DNA of 63,939 nucleotides, filler included, from Candidatus Woesearchaeota archaeon (GTDB taxonomy: Archaea > Nanobdellota > Nanobdellia > Woesearchaeales > CG1-02-33-12): NCBI GenBank assembly GCA_018399355.1. It is 8 parts of 8 records of this genome, joined end to end, with 100 filler letters (N's around TTAATTAATTAA, not from the genome) between each part and the next. Parts side by side here need not be neighbours in the genome. Positions count along the whole stretch, not along the records: positions 56,852 to 61,325 come from JAGYOA010000056.1; positions 61,426 to 63,939 come from JAGYOA010000068.1; 6 more parts are not named here. One strand, written 5' to 3'. Within the stretch, counting starts at the first letter, position 1, and each line of letters starts with the position of its first letter. Shown here piece after piece: positions 60,601 through 63,939 of the stretch. The notes below the pieces were generated by a model. It was not told where the DNA came from and searched no databases. It saw nothing but the letters and a program-made list of their open reading frames with translations. The translations under genes and the position numbers were made by a program.

Positions 60601-60803
60601 ACAAAAACAAGGATGGCTGGAATCAAGAATTGCTCAATCTTATTTAAGGCATTAAGTCTTCCTTTTTCCTTTTGGATTATTGGCCTATATTTTTCAGCAA
60701 CCTTTTCATAATCCTTTTCAGCAACATTCTTCCTGCCTTTTTTCTTAGGGCCCAACCTAGTTTGCTTGGTTTTCTCTCTTCCCCTTTTCTTTGTATTTCT
60801 CAT
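57660..60803 (-). CDS. large surface glycoprotein (1047 aa)
   Basis: N-terminal TM helix plus ITG, acidic NET/NES-rich linker, WIVPHFSNQTF, many sequons. Confidence 0.8.
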   Translation of the reverse strand: MRNTKKRGREKTKQTRLGPKKKGRKNVAEKDYEKVAEKYRPIIQKEKGRLNALNKIEQFLIPAILVFVIFSVLFFYKPSITGFFSFEDTEEYIHEVNELFDKNSTYIFVPELQGEIKSLKINGNVIGDGSAKVYLEAGNESYLVFEYPQNNNETNQITGMVVKELSENETNETADLDDADGETEETYDNETQINQSSGTNETIGNISGSDEINETNESINESNELNETETVLNDTDSSNLTKELNESVNESYSKNESSENIIRAPSDSEIVLDLNYADESEFDANNDGIETKEGIVDFKIDAVFNWDVNHNNLCTIWESYSVDNKTSVKVCYGSERCCNFAGLESNSEKWNETFYSYYQRYGATENNEISAQVVYADYNTSEDNLYSDIYYSNWQTLNAIFIEEDKIFEFSEQCIETCMISLNRTDYRLRIELKDAKLNIQEIVYKIIPKQEDVALSLIRNIPNVTIEKNSNSVINLNDYFEYSHGDLINYTVYETEDISYLIEGDNLKITPEIGFIGTKHTFITANDSESIAVSNVFKIEVVEKNLTLEDEAIIKEINKPVKWRKGILKENYENLSKEMNITFELPDYAFNVNVFDKELDEKINGSSVSIKDNETNENSVVFRDLIDAKETKEYYVEYETPGPVSYEEEINPAKKRIVVSSEINYTNVLAYTNITEITSDTSKIKLYWIKNETKELFENLSYIDENNNSLIDKIEWIVPHFSNQTFEVEIDTISVYSYPSSKENWTIRFNVTGISNLSVSTSNGTSYAEVFNDDNSTKDDLEIVELKCGNESIYNKDTFENSFNFYFKLKNDSLFKLSETIGKNLEIDSILVQDFECNSTSNLTLRLISPGEHYLELEFKGVRVDTSNIPTDLIKTENVYYNSNCPKCEEDYHLNPESFCIMTNHWQEKDDFQAEMSFNIEYVDEFDSAYLCAYNHYNWHGESSINYIEKINESNLSIAPEEFFINGSFVKVNVPSWNGWQCFNITKIAKESFENNESKLNIRWVGEDINGSRGPFACFRGDAPLERCDGYNPSGALDCRPYLDIR

Positions 60804-61312
60804 CTTTTCTTCCTATTGTAAATAGTCCAGATAGTCCTCTGGTCACGATGCATTAGCAATCCAATCTCTGAATATCTTAAATGAAGCTCATCCCTCATAT
60901 AGTAAACAATAAGCTCAAAAACAGAATAATTTTCTTTTCCGAAAATTGAAACAGGAACATAATGCTCACATTTTTTTATCTTTAAATGACCTGAAAATTT
61001 TTTCTTGGAGTTTGAATAAGTTGACCATATTGTGCGGTCATTTCTATGAAGAATTTTAGCAATATCACAGTATTTAAGATGTATATCTTCTTTTAGGTAT
61101 TTAACAACTGTTTCAAGAACACTTAATCTTTCATTAAAAATACAAACAGGAATAAATACATCTTCATGCTTTTCTTTCTTTTCAATTATATTGAGAATAT
61201 CTTCATCATTCAGTCCTTCTTTTTCTTTAAGGTAAGAAAAAAGCACAGATAATGCATTTTCATAATCTTTTTTTGTTTTAAATTTTTTATTTAACCCTTT
61301 AGAACTAGCCAA
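60800..61312 (-). CDS. regulator-like protein with tandem duplicated HTH domains
   Basis: two copies of PVxIF..SVxE..VxY..ExxHLxYxxI..xxHRxxRTIWxxY; start uncertain near the contig edge. Confidence 0.75.
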   Translation of the reverse strand: MASSKGLNKKFKTKKDYENALSVLFSYLKEKEGLNDEDILNIIEKKEKHEDVFIPVCIFNERLSVLETVVKYLKEDIHLKYCDIAKILHRNDRTIWSTYSNSKKKFSGHLKIKKCEHYVPVSIFGKENYSVFELIVYYMRDELHLRYSEIGLLMHRDQRTIWTIYNRKKR

Positions 61313-61325
61313 AGCAATGTTGTCA

Positions 61326-61425
61326 NNNNNNNNNNNNNNNNNNNNNNNNNNNNNNNNNNNNNNNNNNNNTTAATTAATTAANNNNNNNNNNNNNNNNNNN
61401 NNNNNNNNNNNNNNNNNNNNNNNNN
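61326..61425. other. artificial contig spacer
   Basis: N/TTAATTAATTAA/N linker. Confidence 0.98.
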
Positions 61426-61437
61426 TTTATTAATAAA

Positions 61438-62364
61438 ATGAACAGGTTAACAAAATATCTAATAATATCAGTTATTGCAGGAGGATTAACTTTTTTTAAT
61501 GGTTGTTCTAGAAAAGAAGAGACTAAAGAAATATTGATACAAGGAAGCAATTATTCTATTTCTGAAAATAGTATTTTACAAACAAAAAGTTCTTTCTTAA
61601 AGGATAAAAAGATTAAGATTGGGATAGTAAGTGATATTGAAGGGGCTATAGAAAATGCAGAAGAATCTGCCAATAAACTTAAATCAGAAAATCTTGATGC
61701 AATGTTAATTGCAGGAGACTGTTATGAAAATGAAAAGATTAGAAGATCTCCTGTTTATCCGAATTCAATTAATAATTTACAAGAAATGATTGATGGTATT
61801 GAGCCTTATGCTAAATTAGGTGTGCCAGTTTTTGTTATTGCTGGAAATCATGAGGTTCAATCAACATATAATAAAGCGATTAAAGAACTAAAAAAAATAT
61901 ATCCAAATGTTTTTGATATTAATAAAAAATCTGTTGATTTGAAAGGTGTGAATATTGTTGGCATGGGAGGTTATCATGATCCAAGATTCGCACCAAAGAA
62001 AGGGTTTTTATTAAGTAATTCAGATTATGAAAGAACAGAAAAAGATTTAATTGGATTTCAGGATCAAGGAGAACATACAATCTTTGTTACTCATGGTCCC
62101 CCTAAATCAGGAACTTTAATAGACTACGTGCCTGGAGTTGGGCATGTAGGAGATGAAAACACAAAAAGAATAATGAATTCAGATATTGAAGATATTATTA
62201 ATATTCATGGGCATATCCATGAGGGTGGGCAGAATTCAGATAAGTATAATTCAGGGATAGCTATAAATGTTGCGGCAATCACAGACTATAATAATAAAAA
62301 AGGTGCAAGCACTGGATTAATTTCAATAGAAGATAAAAAAGCAGTCTATACCCAGATTAAATAG
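61438..62364 (+). CDS. exported calcineurin-like metallophosphoesterase
   Basis: SDIEG, AGD, AGNHE, THGPP, HGHIHE; lipobox-like FNGC. Confidence 0.88.
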   Translation: MNRLTKYLIISVIAGGLTFFNGCSRKEETKEILIQGSNYSISENSILQTKSSFLKDKKIKIGIVSDIEGAIENAEESANKLKSENLDAMLIAGDCYENEKIRRSPVYPNSINNLQEMIDGIEPYAKLGVPVFVIAGNHEVQSTYNKAIKELKKIYPNVFDINKKSVDLKGVNIVGMGGYHDPRFAPKKGFLLSNSDYERTEKDLIGFQDQGEHTIFVTHGPPKSGTLIDYVPGVGHVGDENTKRIMNSDIEDIINIHGHIHEGGQNSDKYNSGIAINVAAITDYNNKKGASTGLISIEDKKAVYTQIK

Positions 62365-62473
62365 AGTATTATTTTTTCTGACTAAAACACATCATAAGAT
62401 TTTGAATTAATATTTATATAAAAAATATATGAAAACAGGAAAGGTTTTAAAGTAGCTTTTCTTATTTATTGTT

Positions 62474-63037
62474 ATGATAGAAGTTGAAGTCAGGGCAAAA
62501 GTCAAGGATTTTGATGAAATCAAAGGCAAGTTAAATGAGATTGGCGCTGAGCTTTCTGAATCTATACATCAAATAGATAAAGTCTTTGGTCACCCTAAAT
62601 TTCTTGATGAAAATACTATGATTGTTGAAGGAGGAATTAGCTCAAGGATAAGGAGCGTTAATAACCATTGTGTCCTTGAGTTCAAGGAGATCAACAGGGA
62701 GAGCGGAGCAGGCATGGAAATAAAATCAGAAATTTCTGATGTTAATATGGGTGTTAAGTTTTTAAATAAAATTGGATTTGAAGAGGCATTTACAGTAGAC
62801 AAGAAAAGGCAGTCATACAAATACAAGGATTTTTCTATTGACCTTGATGAAGTTGAAAAACTCGGCTTTTTTATTGAGATTGAGAAAATGATTAAATCAG
62901 ATGATGAAAAAGAAATAGCAAAAAAAGAATGCCTTGAATTATTAAATATTATTTCTCCAGAAGGCCAAATTGAAAACAAAAAATATGGAGACTTGATGCA
63001 GGAGATAATCAACAAGGAAAAACAAAAGATTAATTAA
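62474..63037 (+). CDS. cyaB: CYTH-domain protein (class IV adenylate cyclase-like)
   Basis: EVEVRA, RIR, KKR, DEVEKLGFFIEIE. Confidence 0.88.
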   Translation: MIEVEVRAKVKDFDEIKGKLNEIGAELSESIHQIDKVFGHPKFLDENTMIVEGGISSRIRSVNNHCVLEFKEINRESGAGMEIKSEISDVNMGVKFLNKIGFEEAFTVDKKRQSYKYKDFSIDLDEVEKLGFFIEIEKMIKSDDEKEIAKKECLELLNIISPEGQIENKKYGDLMQEIINKEKQKIN

Positions 63038-63059
63038 TGCTTTATTAATAAGTTTTTTT

Positions 63060-63578
63060 ATGAATGGCTACGCAAAAATTATAACAGCAGTATTGCTTTT
63101 TTCTTTAGGCCCTTTACTTGTAAGATTAATTGATTTGGATGCAATAAGCATATTATTTTGTGCAAGCCTAATTGCTTTTATTTTTTTATTATTAAAATTA
63201 TTTGTACAGAAAAGAACAAAAGAAATTTTTAAACTCAATAAAGGTGTTCTTCTTTTAATAGGATTGGGTATTTTTACAACTATAAACAATTCATTGTTTA
63301 ATACTGCTATAAAAACAACAACAATATCAAATGCCACATTGACTCATTATTTGGCCCCTGTATTCCTTGTTATTTTCGCTGCAATTTTTATAAAAGAAAA
63401 AATCAGAAAAATCTCCATAATAGCCATGATAATCTCTTTTCTTGGATTATTAATAATCCTTTCTCCCAATGAAATCACATTCAGTAATGCACATTTCCTT
63501 GGGCTTTTATTAGGAACTTTATCAGCATTATTTTTTGCATTGGAATCCTTGTTAAAAAAGTTTTTAAGCAAAGATTAA
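63060..63578 (+). CDS. EamA/DMT transporter, short (about one repeat)
   Basis: TTISNATLTHYLAP...KEK, GLLLGTLSA. Confidence 0.8.
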   Translation: MNGYAKIITAVLLFSLGPLLVRLIDLDAISILFCASLIAFIFLLLKLFVQKRTKEIFKLNKGVLLLIGLGIFTTINNSLFNTAIKTTTISNATLTHYLAPVFLVIFAAIFIKEKIRKISIIAMIISFLGLLIILSPNEITFSNAHFLGLLLGTLSALFFALESLLKKFLSKD

Positions 63579-63673
63579 ATAAATATCTTAACTTAATCAA
63601 GCGAAACCTATATAAACAAGGAAGACTTTATTTTTTTTGTAATAATTAAGAAACAATACGAGAGGTAGATAAT

Positions 63674-63886
63674 ATGGCAAGAAATACAAGTATAATACCA
63701 AAGGCCCCTTTTGGAAGAATAATCATGGATTCTGGTGCAAAAAGAGTTTCTGCAGAGGCAGTTGATGCTCTTACAGATGTGATAACAGACATTGCAGAAG
63801 AGATATCAACAAAGGCAGTCAAGATTGCTCATCATTCCGGAAGAAAAACAGTGAATGAGGGAGATATCAAACTAGCTGTAAAATAA
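63674..63886 (+). CDS. archaeal histone (HMf-like)
   Basis: IPKAPFGRII..GAKRVS.EA...AHHSGRKTV..DIKLA; GAGGT RBS. Confidence 0.95.
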   Translation: MARNTSIIPKAPFGRIIMDSGAKRVSAEAVDALTDVITDIAEEISTKAVKIAHHSGRKTVNEGDIKLAVK

Positions 63887-63939
63887 TTTTTCAAAATATA
63901 TTTATATTGATTAAATTTCTTCTAGTTCAAGGGCAGGTA

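Overview
Low-GC archaeal sequence whose gene content (histone, Alba, eS1/eS17/uS15, Nop5-fibrillarin, Dph5/Dph6, NreA, OapABC, FtsZ) plus bacterial-type GyrB and NrdR suggests a DPANN archaeon, probably Woesearchaeota-like (inference). The window is eight contigs or contig parts joined by seven artificial 100-nt N/TTAATTAATTAA spacers, so adjacency across gaps means nothing. Most of it is housekeeping. Highlights: (1) four of five tRNA genes carry non-canonical insertions, including a near-identical structured T-loop (59/60) intron shared by tRNA-Val(CAC) and tRNA-Thr(UGU), and hairpin insertions in the D-arm of tRNA-Arg(UCG) and tRNA-Lys(CUU); (2) a class III ribonucleotide reductase operon whose glycyl-radical segment is a separate 40-aa gene, led by nrdR and tandem NrdR-box-like sites; (3) a 5.3-kb integrase-bearing virus/plasmid-like contig with a prepilin-peptidase-like gene; (4) a surface-protein cluster whose members share an 'ITG..[AG][ST]VxL[NC]I' N-terminal motif, possibly a strand-exchange filament; (5) several small genes missed by the ORF track, including a 13-aa Lys-rich peptide with its own promoter and RBS; (6) a GTTGATTATCAAC palindrome repeated at two unlinked loci. 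All calls are by eye; no database searches were run.
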